Of a stretch of 64,000 nucleotides of DNA, positions 27,601 to 38,292 are shown one piece after another (positions within the stretch are counted from its first letter, which is position 1; each line of letters opens with the position of its first letter). Origin of the DNA: Octopus sinensis (taxonomy: Eukaryota); the NCBI RefSeq assembly GCF_006345805.1, contig NC_043009.1, positions 36,580,001 to 36,644,000 of the forward strand, in the 5' to 3' direction. Below the pieces are notes generated by a model. The model searched no databases and was not told the origin of the DNA. It saw nothing but the letters and a program-made list of their open reading frames with translations. Position numbers and translations under genes: made by a program.

Positions 27601-29734
27601 AGTAAGTCACTTTTTCTTTTTGTTTTTCAAATTTCTCTTATCAGATTTTTAAAAGACTAATTAATATTAATGGGTGAATCTTTTCTGAACTATAGCTGTT
27701 AGGTAATGCACATAAAAACAAGGAATTTTGTTTTTAATATTGCCTGAGGAAGAGGAGCAATACTCAACTATTCCAACCTGTCTTGTACTGATGAGGGGTC
27801 AATATAATAATAATAATCTTATTGTATACAATGCTCAGGTGCTTTACAACTCATCAGAAGAGGGTAAAAGAGTGGTAGAAAGCAGTGATAGGCACAGGTG
27901 TAGCTGTGTGGTTAAGAAATTTACTTCCTAACCACATGGTTTCTGGTTCAATTCCACTGCATGGCACTTTGGGCAAGGGTCTTCTATTATAGCCCTGAGC
28001 TGACAAAACCCCTGTGAGTAGGTTTGCAAGATGGAAACTGAAAGAAGCCTATCGTGTATGTGCGTGTGTACATCATGTGATAATTGTAGAATGAATGTCA
28101 CTGTCATACAATCAATGTCCTTCATTTCCAATATTCTGCAAAATCATGTCTCACCATGAGGAATATTACCTTGCTTGGAAACAAGGTGAGGCTTGGTGAC
28201 TGGAATGGCATTGAATTGTAGAAAATCTGTGGTCTCAAACTCTTTTTGACCCATGCAATTATAGAAAAGCAGATGTTACGTGATGATGGAGTCAAGTAAA
28301 GAATGACAACAGTGAAAGTAAAAAGTGCCTGCACAGTAGACAGTTACAATTAGTTTTAAGCTTGTGTCAGAAAGTATGGGGACAGAGGGAATTCCGGATG
28401 GTTTTTGTTCTTGAAAAGAATTGGAGAATATATCAAAGGATTTGTAGGTGTAGTGATGCTTACATGTCAGATGGAATTTCTTGAGGCAGATTTTCTATGG
28501 GTTGGGTAGTTTGACAGGAGTGTGTTGAGCTCCAATGTCCACTTTGGCATGGTTTCCATGGCCTTGATGCCCTTCCTAACACTAACCTCTTTACAGAATG
28601 TACTGGGTGCGCGTTTTGCTTGGCACCAGCACTAGCGAGGTCATCAAGTAGCTCACAAGACAAGCCTCCTCAACTGAGTAAAATGTATTAACCCCTTACC
28701 CGGCAGAAACGAATATATGCGTTTTGACCGAAATCGTTTTTTTCTATCTCTGGCGAGTTAACTCGTCAAAAGATAGACTCGCCAAAATCGACAGCAAACG
28801 AGTTCCTTTGTCTATTATAAACTCTTTTTTGACATATACGAGTATGTTCGCTTACTTTATACGTCTGGCAGTGACGATTTCTGCCACCTTTCGCTTGAGT
28901 AAGGCATTGAAGACCGAGTATGATTTAGTCACCTGGAGACAGTCGAAGGGTTGGAAGGCACATTTTATGAATAGAAGTATTCACTTTGTTTTTACGTTGT
29001 TTTTTTTATACCTTTATATTATAACCCCCACCATGTCGATAACCAAATAAAATAACATGATTTTTTGTAAAAGTAATATGATTTATGGAAAAAACGGGTT
29101 AACTCGTTTCTGTCCAAAGCGGTAATTTAAAATCAATATTATTGAATTAAAATTCATAATAAATAAGGTTTGAAATATACCTCGAAATCACCATTCAAAA
29201 CATAGTAAAATAAAACAATTAAAAAATATGTCTGAAAAAATACATTTATTTTCAAAATAATTGTTGGGTAAGGGGTTAAGGAAGGTGGCTTTACACATGC
29301 ATACATGTATATGCACATATATACACACACATAATACATGTATGTGTTTGTCTCTGTCTTGACATTGCATGATAACTGTAGACAAGTGTCACCATCATAG
29401 AAGCAGTATTATTTGCTTCCAGTCTTCTGTGAAAACCTTGCTTGGAAGTAGGTGAGAGTGGGCAACAGGAATAGAATCTGAGCGTAAATTTATTTCAATG
29501 AATTCTATCTGATCCATGATGATATATATAATGAATACACAAGCATATAATGCATTAACTATTTTTGTATTTCAGATCTGCCATAGCAAGAGTGGAAACA
29601 TCAACCCGGCCAAAATCAAAGCTTTAATTGAGGCATATGTGGACAAACTGTGTAAAACGCGCCGGTGTTTGGAGCGCAGAAAGAAAAGCAGTGTCAAAGC
29701 AAATGGTGAACGGGTAAAGAAACCTTCAAGATAA
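2618..29734 (+). CDS. PHRF1: PHD and RING finger domain-containing protein 1-like (PHRF1/SCAF11 family), 5'-partial, 12 coding exons: 2618-2811, 5237-5320, 6229-6362, 7498-7589, 8593-8795, 9570-9734, 10340-10527, 11122-11259, 11687-11859, 13304-17538, 27473-27601, 29576-29734
   Basis: Hand-spliced AG/GT exons in continuous phase. They encode [94 protein letters not shown], the PHRF1-type blocks [28 protein letters not shown] and [17 protein letters not shown], and C-terminal [59 protein letters not shown]. Recognised from memory of the human protein. Confidence 0.93.
3397..3835 (+). mobile_element. RTE-tail element with about four ~60-bp tandem units
   Basis: Repeated ctgactggc(a/t)cccatgc(t/c)ggtggca..aaaagcaccat units, then the RTE 3' end ending in (gat)n. 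Confidence 0.8.
5237..5320 (+). CDS. PHRF1: PHRF1 exon: end of RING ([12 protein letters not shown])
   Basis: ctttag|AATGTC ... AAAAAG|gtgtgt. Confidence 0.92.
6229..6362 (+). CDS. PHRF1: PHRF1 exon: first part of PHD finger
   Basis: atttag|ATTCCT ... CTAGG|gtatgt; [22 protein letters not shown]. Confidence 0.93.
7498..7589 (+). CDS. PHRF1: PHRF1 exon: second part of PHD finger
   Basis: gaacag|ATTTCAC ... CATC|gtaagt; [23 protein letters not shown]. Confidence 0.93.
8593..8795 (+). CDS. PHRF1: PHRF1 exon ([14 protein letters not shown])
   Basis: gtttag|GTTGT ... TTTGAG|gtatgg. Confidence 0.88.
9570..9734 (+). CDS. PHRF1: PHRF1 exon: basic K/R-rich segment
   Basis: tttcag|AGAGGG ... AAAAAG|gttttt (weak donor); phase 0/0 fits both neighbours. 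Confidence 0.8.
10340..10527 (+). CDS. PHRF1: PHRF1 exon ([14 protein letters not shown])
   Basis: cactag|AATCAA ... GATGA|gtaagg. Confidence 0.87.
11122..11259 (+). CDS. PHRF1: PHRF1 exon ([11 protein letters not shown])
   Basis: ttatag|AGATGAT ... TGCAA|gtaaga. Confidence 0.86.
11687..11859 (+). CDS. PHRF1: PHRF1 exon ([25 protein letters not shown])
   Basis: taatag|GTTGCCA ... GATG|gtatgt. Confidence 0.88.
13304..17538 (+). CDS. PHRF1: PHRF1 giant 4235-nt exon: acidic, RS-like, P/M/G-rich and N/S/G-repeat regions
   Basis: Uninterrupted ORF 13282-17673; ttttag|GTTCA completes RDG-SL; AAAGAAAAG|gtaggt joins in frame to YMKKL. Confidence 0.92.
17749..17939 (+). mobile_element. piggyBac-type MITE, degenerate
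   Basis: ttta|CCCTCTTACC ... GGTATTAGAAGGGG|ttaa; internally similar to 63169-63385. Confidence 0.6.
18310..18523 (+). mobile_element. RTE-tail element
   Basis: gagtggttggcattaggaagggcacccagctgtagaaac ... gttaaatgatgat. Confidence 0.8.
18957..19353 (+). mobile_element. tRNA-derived SINE family B, full length, with internal (TA)n(TG)n
   Basis: Head ggcacaggagtggctgtgtggtaag, B-box-like gggttaagtccc, tail gtcaaatgactgaaac..gtaaaagag. Confidence 0.88.
20168..20375 (-). mobile_element. RTE-tail element
   Basis: Reverse complement of the RTE 3' end (atcatcatcgtctgctttccatgctagcatg). Confidence 0.8.
20790..20950 (-). mobile_element. 5' part of a family-B-like SINE
   Basis: cttctttcagtttctgtctaccaaatccactcac ... 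cttaccacaca. Confidence 0.7.
21036..21605 (+). mobile_element. tRNA-derived SINE family D: distinct head and body, family-B-like tail
   Basis: ggcatgtggcttagtggttaggg, gagttcaatt, gtccttgagcaagacacttt; tail ggcggtgccccagcatggcc ... ctgaaac. Confidence 0.75.
24577..24785 (+). mobile_element. SINE family A variant (A2) with (ATT)n tail
   Basis: ggcagtgagctggcagaatt ... ggccttgtccaaaatttgaaaccattattatt. Confidence 0.75.
27473..27601 (+). CDS. PHRF1: PHRF1 exon: C-terminal SFR19/SRI-like domain, part 1
   Basis: tttcag|TATATGAAG ... CCGAAA|gtaagt. Confidence 0.93.
27893..28230 (+). mobile_element. SINE with family-B head and an RTE-like tail
   Basis: ggcacaggtgtagctgtgtggttaag head; ends ggtgactggaatggcattgaattgtagaaaatctg. 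Confidence 0.65.
28692..29275. mobile_element. 584-bp non-autonomous piggyBac-type element
   Basis: TTAA(28688-28691) CCCCTTACCC ... GGGTAAGGGG TTAA(29276-29279): perfect 10-bp TIRs and TTAA TSD. Confidence 0.9.
29576..29734 (+). CDS. PHRF1: PHRF1 exon: C-terminal domain part 2, ending at TAA (may instead splice at 29713, see findings)
   Basis: tttcag|ATCTGCCATAGCAAG; [24 protein letters not shown]. Confidence 0.9.
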   Translation: MCHSKSGNINPAKIKALIEAYVDKLCKTRRCLERRKKSSVKANGERVKKPSR

Positions 29735-31659
29735 CTAGCAGCATCTGACTAGCTTTCAAAGAAAACCTAGGACCATTTTACTAGCCTTCAGAGAGATAAC
29801 TGGGATCATCCGACTGTTTTGAAAATTTGGTTTTGTAAAATACATGTGTATGTGTGTGTCTGTGTATGTGTGTGTATATACATACACACATATATATATA
29901 TATGTATGTATGTATGTGGAGTGGGGAGGGGTGTTCAAAGCTGTTCAAAAATGCATTTTTAATCACACAAGGAAAGAGGAGAAGAGAGAAGAAACAAAGG
30001 AACACAAAAAGAGGAGTAAGTGAAACAATGAGTTTTGATGGCCAGCAGTATCATTATTTTACTATTTTGATGAGTGGCCACCTCACTGAGACTCTCCTAA
30101 ACCTCATTTAAATCAAACTTGCATAACAGTGTGGCTCAAGCTTCAAACTTTCTGCATTTTTTTACTACCATGAAACTCATTTTTCCATCCGTATATCTTC
30201 ATATTATTATTATGGTGGTGAGTGGCAGAATTGGTAGAGCACTGGACAAATGCCTTACAGTATATATATATAGTTATGTCCCTTCGTGTTTTGGGTTCAA
30301 ATCTTGCTAGGGTCAACTTTGGCTTTTATCCTCTCCCAAGTAGCATAGGAAAGGTCTTCATCACCCAGGAGCAAAGACAGTTTCGGCACCCCGCCATTAC
30401 CACCATGGTAAATGTGGGTGACTGCCACCTTATCATGCTAGATCTTTGTTTTCTGAGATGATATCAAATGAACAACCAGTCAACTATTGATGTTGATAAA
30501 TTTGACTTCTGCCCTGTGCTCTTGTAAGCCTTTATTTTATTTGACAATAGCATAATAGAGCATGTTCTTTGAGAAAGGAAACCAAAGGGTTAGGATGGTA
30601 GATTGGCAGACTTGTCAGAGCAAGGGAGGCAATGCCCTGTGGCATTTCATCTAATTCTTTACATTCTGAGTTCAAATCCCCACTGTGGTCAACTTTGTAC
30701 TACTTAACATGCTCATGTCGATGGTATCCACTAAGTCCCCTCCCTTCAGAATTGCTGGCTTTGTGCCTAAATTAGAAACTATTATTGTTATTATTAATTT
30801 TATTAGAAATTATTACTAAGGCAGAAATGGTAAAGTAAATCACTAAATATGTTTATGGTGTTTACTCAGTTCTGATCCCATCAAGTTCTGCTTTGATGTG
30901 TCACATTGTGATGAGGATCCTTAGTCTATAAGAACCTCTATACCAGTGATATATTGGCAATTATACTCAATAGACTACACCTTCCATTCCTACAAACATT
31001 GGCCTTGAATTTCTGAATCATTTTCATTAATTAAAATAAGTAATCAAAGAGTAATGGGCAGCAGGCAAAGTGGTGAATGAAATGCCTTGTGGTATTACAT
31101 CCCATCCCTTTTAAAGTGAAATTTTTATCTGGGCCTGACTTTACCTTTCATCATTTTAACATTGTGGCAATGAGTTCCAGCCAAGTATGGCGCGAAGGGT
31201 TCAATATCTATATGTGGCTTTGTACCAATGTTAGGATTATTATTAAAGTATTTTTCTTCTGATATAAACCAATCTAAAATGGGACCCTGGAAATACAAGA
31301 ATAATGAACTACATCTGAGAGACCTGACATATTTCGTTGTGTGGACAATAACTTAATTCTCTGTCAATTTTTGGGTCTCTTGTGCTTGTGTCACTCATAA
31401 CTATTGGCTTTTCAGTCAGTTTTTAGACATCGGATAGCATCTTCTGCCGCGACGATGCTGTCTCTCTCTCTCTCTTCATCCATTCATAGAAAAATCTACT
31501 CCAGCATAAATGTTACCAAATTCTTAGTGAGACTGACTGCTGCCAGCCACACTGCCTTCTTTTAATGATGTTACCATGGATACTGGTTGACGTTTATTTT
31601 TTCTTTTGGCTACATTCTACACTTGACAACATTGGGTCTAGCTAGATATTTTCAAAACT

Positions 31660-31855
31660 GGTTGATTTATACACACGTGTGTATGTGTGTGTGTGTGTTT
31701 ATATATGTGTATATATATATAGAGAAGTATGTATATAGGTGTGTATAAATGTGTATATAGATGTATATATATATATGTATGTACTGATGTGTATATGTAC
31801 ATAGATATATATATATAATATAGGTAGATGTATGTATGAGTGTGTGTGTATATAA
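31660..31855. repeat. Degenerate (TA/TG)n compound microsatellite
   Basis: Visible alternating purine-pyrimidine tract. Confidence 0.85.
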
Positions 31856-34269
31856 AATACCTTGTTGGATTTTTTGTCCTGTGTACTAATGCCAAGACTA
31901 AGTGTGATAAAGATTCAACATTTTCAGTGATATAAAATGGGGGGTACAAAAAGAAAAATATGTAAAACAAACAGTAATAATAATAATAATTAGTAACAGA
32001 ATATATAAAGAAAAAAACATTGAAGTACAATAAACGAAACCAACAAACAATTGATGGTTATTGGTCGCAGTTACTAGCTAAGATTACTTTTGATCTGTGA
32101 TTGATGATTGTTTTGTTATCTGTGAAAACCTGAAGGAAGGGAATAATAACCAGAAACGGACTAAAATATGCGAAATTCTCTTGAAAACCTGAGCAAAATG
32201 ATACGGATTTGAAAAATAAAAACCAAATGCAACAGAGATGTATCAAAGACAATTGATGTTTGAGATTTTCTTGTTTTAAAGAAACAAATTGAAACTGGTG
32301 AAGAGAGGAAAATATAAATCATTTTTTTTTTTGTTTTTATGTGTGGAAAAATAAGTGACTGAATGAATGCCTAAAGGACATCAACATCAAGAACAACAAT
32401 AAAATCAACATGTAAACATTTCTTATGATTTTCCAACTAAATTATATTGCAGTTTACATGCTAGTGGTTCTAGCAGACTCTCTTTCTCTCTACCTCTCTC
32501 TCTCTCTCTCCATAAATTTTCTAAACTGTAAATATTTTTCTGGTATTTAAAGAAGAGTGAACAATAAACTCCGTAGTGCTGCCATTTCCATTAGTTCTTC
32601 AAGAACTTTTTCCTAAGACTAAAGGCAATGAAGAAAAAAAGAAATTTTATTTTGTTTTGTTTTGAATAATTCAGTCACGTTTGAATTTTTCCTTTATTTT
32701 TTTTTAATTAATTAATTCAACAAACTGTTTTAGTCGAACTGTTTTCAAAACGACTAAAAGAAAATGATAAAAAAACCCAAACAAACCACAAAACAATTCA
32801 GACTTTGAAGAAATGATTAAACAATAATAAATTATTAAAGTGTAAAATTATTATTATTAATTCATCTTCACTCTGCAATTCATAATCATGTTACAAACAA
32901 AAGAAAAAAAAATTGAGTTGGTTTTTCTGGAAATAGTCTTTAATTCCTGACTTGTTTTATTGTCTACCATAAAAAAATTTAAAAAAAATTGATAGATGTA
33001 AAATAAATTTTGACTGGGATGTTTTCCAAGTGACAACCTTATCTTTTTGTATAATTAGTTCATCTTCTTGCTTCTGTTCTTTTCTAATTTTAATTCGTAT
33101 TGATTAATCTGATTTTAATGTTCATGTAATTGTTAATTAGTCATGTTTCTATACAGCTTCATCTTATTACTTTTCACAATGTTCAACTGTATCTCGTGTA
33201 CCAAAGACACCCACCTCAGCTCTCCCCCTCCGAAATAATTGTCCTTGTTGACCTTATAGCTGCCTTTCATACAAACTCAGCTAGAAAATAATTTTTCTAT
33301 TTTAAACAGTTTACACAATCCTTACTATTAATCATTCTATTCAGGTATTTAAGTGCCTCAACACTTCTCCATATCATCTTTTATAATTTCCTTTTTTTTT
33401 CCTCACTTCAATTAGGTTGCCTTCATGTTTCTGATTAGATGATTCATCATCATCATTCTGAAAGATAAAATGCATCAGTCAAACTCCACCATTTTGATGA
33501 GGAGTCACTCATAAAGATGTATTCATCTGCAAATTATCATCCTGGAATGGATTACATTTTGTGATAGTGGTATAGAAGTGGTTGTCTGTTAACAACTGAT
33601 GTGTTCCCTCCATACTGTGTCCAGTTTGTACTTAGACTTACTGTTCTCCAAAGCAACCTGCTGTCACTACAGCTAGCTAAGTCTCCCAGTCCACCATTTG
33701 TTGAATCTCATTCAAAGGTATGTCATGCTGAGGAAACTGTTGTAGGGGAGAGAGAGGAGCTGTTCTTACTTGCCAAAATAAGGGGCTACTCATATTTGTG
33801 AGTAGTAGTAGTTGGTTCTGTCACCATGATAGAATTTATAGAAATCAAGAAGTGTTAATAAAATACCAGTCAAATATCTGGGGCTTTGTATCTAAATCAG
33901 AATCCATTATAAGAATATCATTTGTTCTAGCTTTTTATATTCTGTGTTCAAATCCTACCCAGATCAACTTTTTCTTTCATCCTTTTGGGGTTGATGAAAT
34001 AAAATACCAGCCAAGTATTAGGATTTCCCCTCAAAATACTGCTACTGTGCCTAGATTAGCAATCATTTACTCCTGAGAATAAACATTTTTTTAAAGTGCT
34101 TTTACCGTATTAAATCAGTCACATCTAAAGACAAGTGGAATTTCAACTGGTGCCAACCAACTCACTACTGTGGATGTAAACAAGTTTATTGCTGCCAATA
34201 CATATTTCAACCAAAATATGGGTCTCTTACCACCAACATAGATATTTCAATCAAAAGGAGAACCTCCAT

Positions 34270-35748
34270 TACCATCAACATATTGGACGGTTTGACTGAG
34301 GTATGGAGAGCCAGTAGCTGCACAAGGCTCCAATCTGATCCAGCAACGTTTCTACAGCTGGATGCCCTTAATATAACCACTCCAAGAGTGTAGTGGGTGC
34401 TTCTTACGTGCCACCAGCGCAAGAGCCAGTCAGGCAGGCCTGGCATTGACCATGTTTGGATGGTGCTTTTTATGTGCCACTGGCACAGGAGCCAGTCAAG
34501 AGACACTGGCATCGACCATGTTCAGATGATGCCACTGGGAACCAGCGGATGCTGCTTTTTACATGCCACAGGAACATGAGCCAGTCAGGGGGCACTGCCC
34601 ACAGCTATGATTTTGGTTTTACTTGACTCAACAGGTCTTCTGAAGCATATCATATTGCCCGACGCATCAAGGGTACTCTTAAATGGGCCAGACATGAAAT
34701 AACGGCATCGGCCATGGCTGTGATTTCACTTTAGTTGTCGTGTCTTCTCATTCACAGCATATCTTCAAAGGTCTTGATCTCCTGTCATTGCCTTTGTGAA
34801 GCCCATGCTTTGTCATCTCATCCCATGTCTTCCTGGCTCCACCTCTTCCACAGTTAGGGAGTGGCACTTCCTCACACAGCTGTCCTCATCCATATGTAAC
34901 ACATGAGCATACCAGCACAGTCGTCTCTCTTGTACACCACCTCTGATGCTTCTTATGTCCAACTTTTCTCTCAGGGCACTTACACTCTGTCGTGTATGCA
35001 CACTGACATTACACATTCAGTGGCTCATACTAGTTTCATTTCTTTCAAGCCTACGCATGTCCTCAGTAGTCATGGCCCATGTTTCACTGCTGTGTAGCAT
35101 GGCAGTTTGCACACATGCATTAGTTGCCAGCAGAGGTAGGAGCTCCCTGAACTTTGCCCAGACTACTCTTATTCTAGTCATTACACACTCAGAGCAATCA
35201 CCCCCACTACAGACTCGGTCACCTAGGCAGCGGAAGCTATTAACTACTTCTACTTTTTCTCCCTGGCATGTGATGGAATCTGTTTTCTGTACATCTTTAG
35301 TGTTTATTGCCCCTGTGCATCTGCCACATACAAAAACTATCTTCCCAGTTAACCTTCCTTTGATATTGCTGCACCATTTTTATGTCCATAACTTTCACTG
35401 GGTACATCGTATGGAGTTTCTACCAATATCTTTTCTACAAATTGGGCAGGGCCATCTACCTAATGGGGTTTGTGATTTGTCAGCCTTCCTACTTAATAAG
35501 ACTTAGGTTTTTGCTAGGTTAACCCTAAGACCTTTCGATTCTAGACCTTGCTTCCACACCCTAAACTTCGTCTCTAGTTCTGGCAGTGACTCATCTATTA
35601 GAGCAAAGTCATCAGCATATAGGAGCTCCCAGGGGCAGCCTATCTTGAATTCCTCTGTTATTGCCTGGAGGACTATAATGAAGAAGAGGGGCTGAAGACT
35701 GATGCTTGGTAAACCCTTGCTTCTACCTGGAATTCTTCACTATACTCA
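34270..35748 (-). mobile_element. 5'-truncated, decayed RTE-clade LINE: RT C-terminal half and 3' UTR with tandem units
   Basis: [56 protein letters not shown]; stops and frameshifts. Confidence 0.9.
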
Positions 35749-35756
35749 GTAACTGT

Positions 35757-36310
35757 TGTTATTCAAAAGCTTTGCAGTGCAGTCTTTCTTCTTGTCCTTG
35801 ATGGCTTGGGATAAAAATTGGCTTTTTCTCATTTTGTATGAGGAATACTGAATGTCTTCATGCACTACCTGTCTGATAAGAAACTCAGATACTCACATGT
35901 CCCTTGCAATGGACCTGATTGACTTGGAGGGATCGTTGTCAATCATAGCCTGAATCTCACCAATAAATTCAGATCTTTTCTTATCAGAATGAGTTTTCTG
36001 AGCTGCTGTACCTTCTTAATCACCATTAGACTCATCCAACTCTTTCTGAATACTCTGCACTGTCCTCAGATTGACACCCAAACACTCTGCAATCTTCATG
36101 TTGGAGCTTCCAGTGCAAATGCCGAATGCCAAGTAGCACAGCATGTCATTTCCAAATTTCTGACACAATGAATTGTGTCCTTGTGCTGTTTTTCTTACAG
36201 ACAGTGCTCAACTGTCATTACTATATAGTGTAGTCAACAAAATCGAAAACAATGTGCATGCACGAAATTAAAAATATAGAATGATGACAATTTATGCATC
36301 ACACCCAGTG
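35757..36310 (-). mobile_element. 5' fragment of a Tc1/mariner-superfamily transposon (N-terminal HTH region, maT/Bmmar1-like)
   Basis: Minus strand reads MKIAECLGVNLRTVQSIQKELDES..EFIGEIQAMIDNDPSKSIRSIARDM*VSEFLIRQVVHEDIQYSSYKMRK; starts CACTG next to a TA-rich flank. Confidence 0.75.
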
Positions 36311-36311
36311 T

Positions 36312-36670
36312 TTATATATTAATGAAAGAATGGAGTTGAACGACGAATTAACAAAATTCCTTTATTCTCGACATATGTTTGGAAGACTGCATATTCCTAA
36401 TTTCGAAGGAATAAGGGGTGCATTATGCCGCCTTCTCAGGAAAAACAAGGAACTTATGTCAGCATCAAGATGAACAAAAACTTTTAGATGACTGCCCACA
36501 CGGAGCCCATAGCGATAATGAGTGTTTCTTTAAAATATTCCATTATAAGCAGTGACGTCAAAAATGGTTGAATGTAGAAGGTTCAAGGGTTCAAACAAGG
36601 TTTTTCTGACGTGAATTTGCTACGCAGGTATAGGTTAACCGAATTATCCATAATAAGATAATTCATTCAA
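36312..36670 (-). mobile_element. Penelope-like element 3' remnant with a decayed hammerhead fold
   Basis: Minus frame ends ..EKPCLNP* (KPxLN-type GIY-YIG terminus, inferred); minimal hammerhead-like fold at 36452-36357. Confidence 0.6.
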
Positions 36671-36737
36671 CTACTCAAATACTTATATATATATATATAC
36701 ACACACAAACATACATATATCTACATATGCATACATA

Positions 36738-36955
36738 TGAAGGGGAGATGATATAAAGTTACTGACTTTAAGGGTGTCATGAAAGGCCCGGTTGGAAGCC
36801 CAACCTTCTGAGTTCTTTTACAGGGATTAGGAAAACTGAAGAACCACTGCAATAGTGTGTGAACCGGAGAGGGGAATATGCTGGATACAATCATAGTTAA
36901 CTGGTCCCCTTGTATTTTCATTTACCCAAAGCCAGGAACTTTTCAGCACCCCTCG
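36738..36955 (+). mobile_element. Internally deleted mariner derivative (MITE)
   Basis: TA flanks; right TIR aaagccaggaacttttcagcacccctcg, degenerate left TIR; internal remnant GIRKTEEPLQ/CVNRRGEYAG resembles a mariner C-terminus. Confidence 0.75.
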
Positions 36956-36962
36956 TACATAT

Positions 36963-37318
36963 ACTCTTTTACTTGTTTCAGTCATTTGACTGCGGCCATG
37001 CTGGAGCACTGCCTTTAGTCGAGCAAATCGACCCCAGGACTTATTCTTTGTAAGCCTAGTACTTATTCTATTGGTCTCTTTTGCTGAACCGCTAAGTGAC
37101 GGGGACGTAAACACACCAGCATCGGTTGTCAAGCAATGCTAGGGGGACAAACACATACATATATACGACAGGCTTCTTTCAGTTTCCGTCTACCAAATCC
37201 ACTCACAAGGCATTGGTCGGCCCGAGGCTATAGTAGAAGACACTTGCCCAAGATGCCACGCAGTGGGACTGAACCCGGAACCATGTGGTTGGTTAGAAAG
37301 CTACTTACCACACAGCCT
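36963..37318 (-). mobile_element. SINE family B
   Basis: Near full-length reverse complement of 18957-19353. Confidence 0.88.
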
Positions 37319-37805
37319 GTATATATATATACACATATATTTTATTTTTATTTCTTCATTCTAGTCGGTTTTTCTGTGTTTGCCTTTCATCATGCTACCA
37401 GGGTTAATATTAGGGTTTCTTGAGCATAGAAGTTATACTTCATGTGAAGGGGTGTTCTTTGTTGCTAATCTTTCACGTAATCGTCTATAGGCATGGCAAA
37501 CTATTACCTTGGAAACAGGTTAGGGTTGGTGATGGAAATGGCATCCAGTTATGCAAAATCTGCCTGATCCATATGAGCATAGAAAAGCAAATGTTTCATA
37601 TATTCACATTACATAGATGTTAATATTTTCAACTGAGACATTACAATCATATCTGATTGTTCCAGTGCTTCAAATGTGTATAGGTACATTTATTTACTTG
37701 ATTGCTGACATTTATCAATGATTTCTCCCATTGTTTTGATGATACAGCTATGCTAGTATATAGCTTTTTATGTCCATATATTTCTCTCTCTCAGTATATA
37801 TATAT

Positions 37806-38283
37806 ATCAAATCAAATCAAACCAAATCAAAATAGATGAACATCAATGGAATTTGTATCTTTGTGGTGCCAGTGCCGGTGGCACATAAGAAAACCATCCA
37901 AACGTGGCCGTAGCCAGTACTGCATCGACTGGCCTCCGTGCTGTGGGCACGTAACAAACACCATCCGATTGTGGCCATTTGCCAGCCTCGTCTGGCACCT
38001 GTGTCAGTGGCACATAAAAAACACCATCCGAGCGTGGCCGTCTGCCAGCCTCGTCTGGCACCTGTGTCGGTGGCACATAAAAAACACCATCCGAGCGTGG
38101 CCGTCTGCCACCTAAAATCACCCACTACACTCTCGGAGTGGTTGGCGTTAGGAAGGGCATCCAGCTGTAGAAACACTGCCAGATCTGACTGGCCTGGTGC
38201 AGCCTTCGGGCTCGCTAGACCCCAGTTGAACTGTCCAACCCATGCTAGCATGGAAAGCAGATGTTAAACGATGGTGATGATGA
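37806..38283 (+). mobile_element. RTE-tail element with (ATCAA)n start and ~61-bp tandem units
   Basis: Three gccagcctcgtctggcacctgtgtc units, then RTE 3' end ending in (gat)n. Confidence 0.87.
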
Positions 38284-38292
38284 TATATATAT

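Noticed and set aside
31638-32030. 130-aa Y/I/H/T-rich ORF (also 1151-1616, 40872-41096, 56218-56457)
   Set aside because: These are translations of (TA)n/(CA)n microsatellites.
37817-38267. Protein-coding ORFs with repeated WCFL/GAFTCH motifs (also at 3147-3735, 42931-43258, 49301-49711, 57530-58212)
   Set aside because: They are translations of the GC-rich tandem units in RTE 3' UTRs and are open in several frames on both strands.
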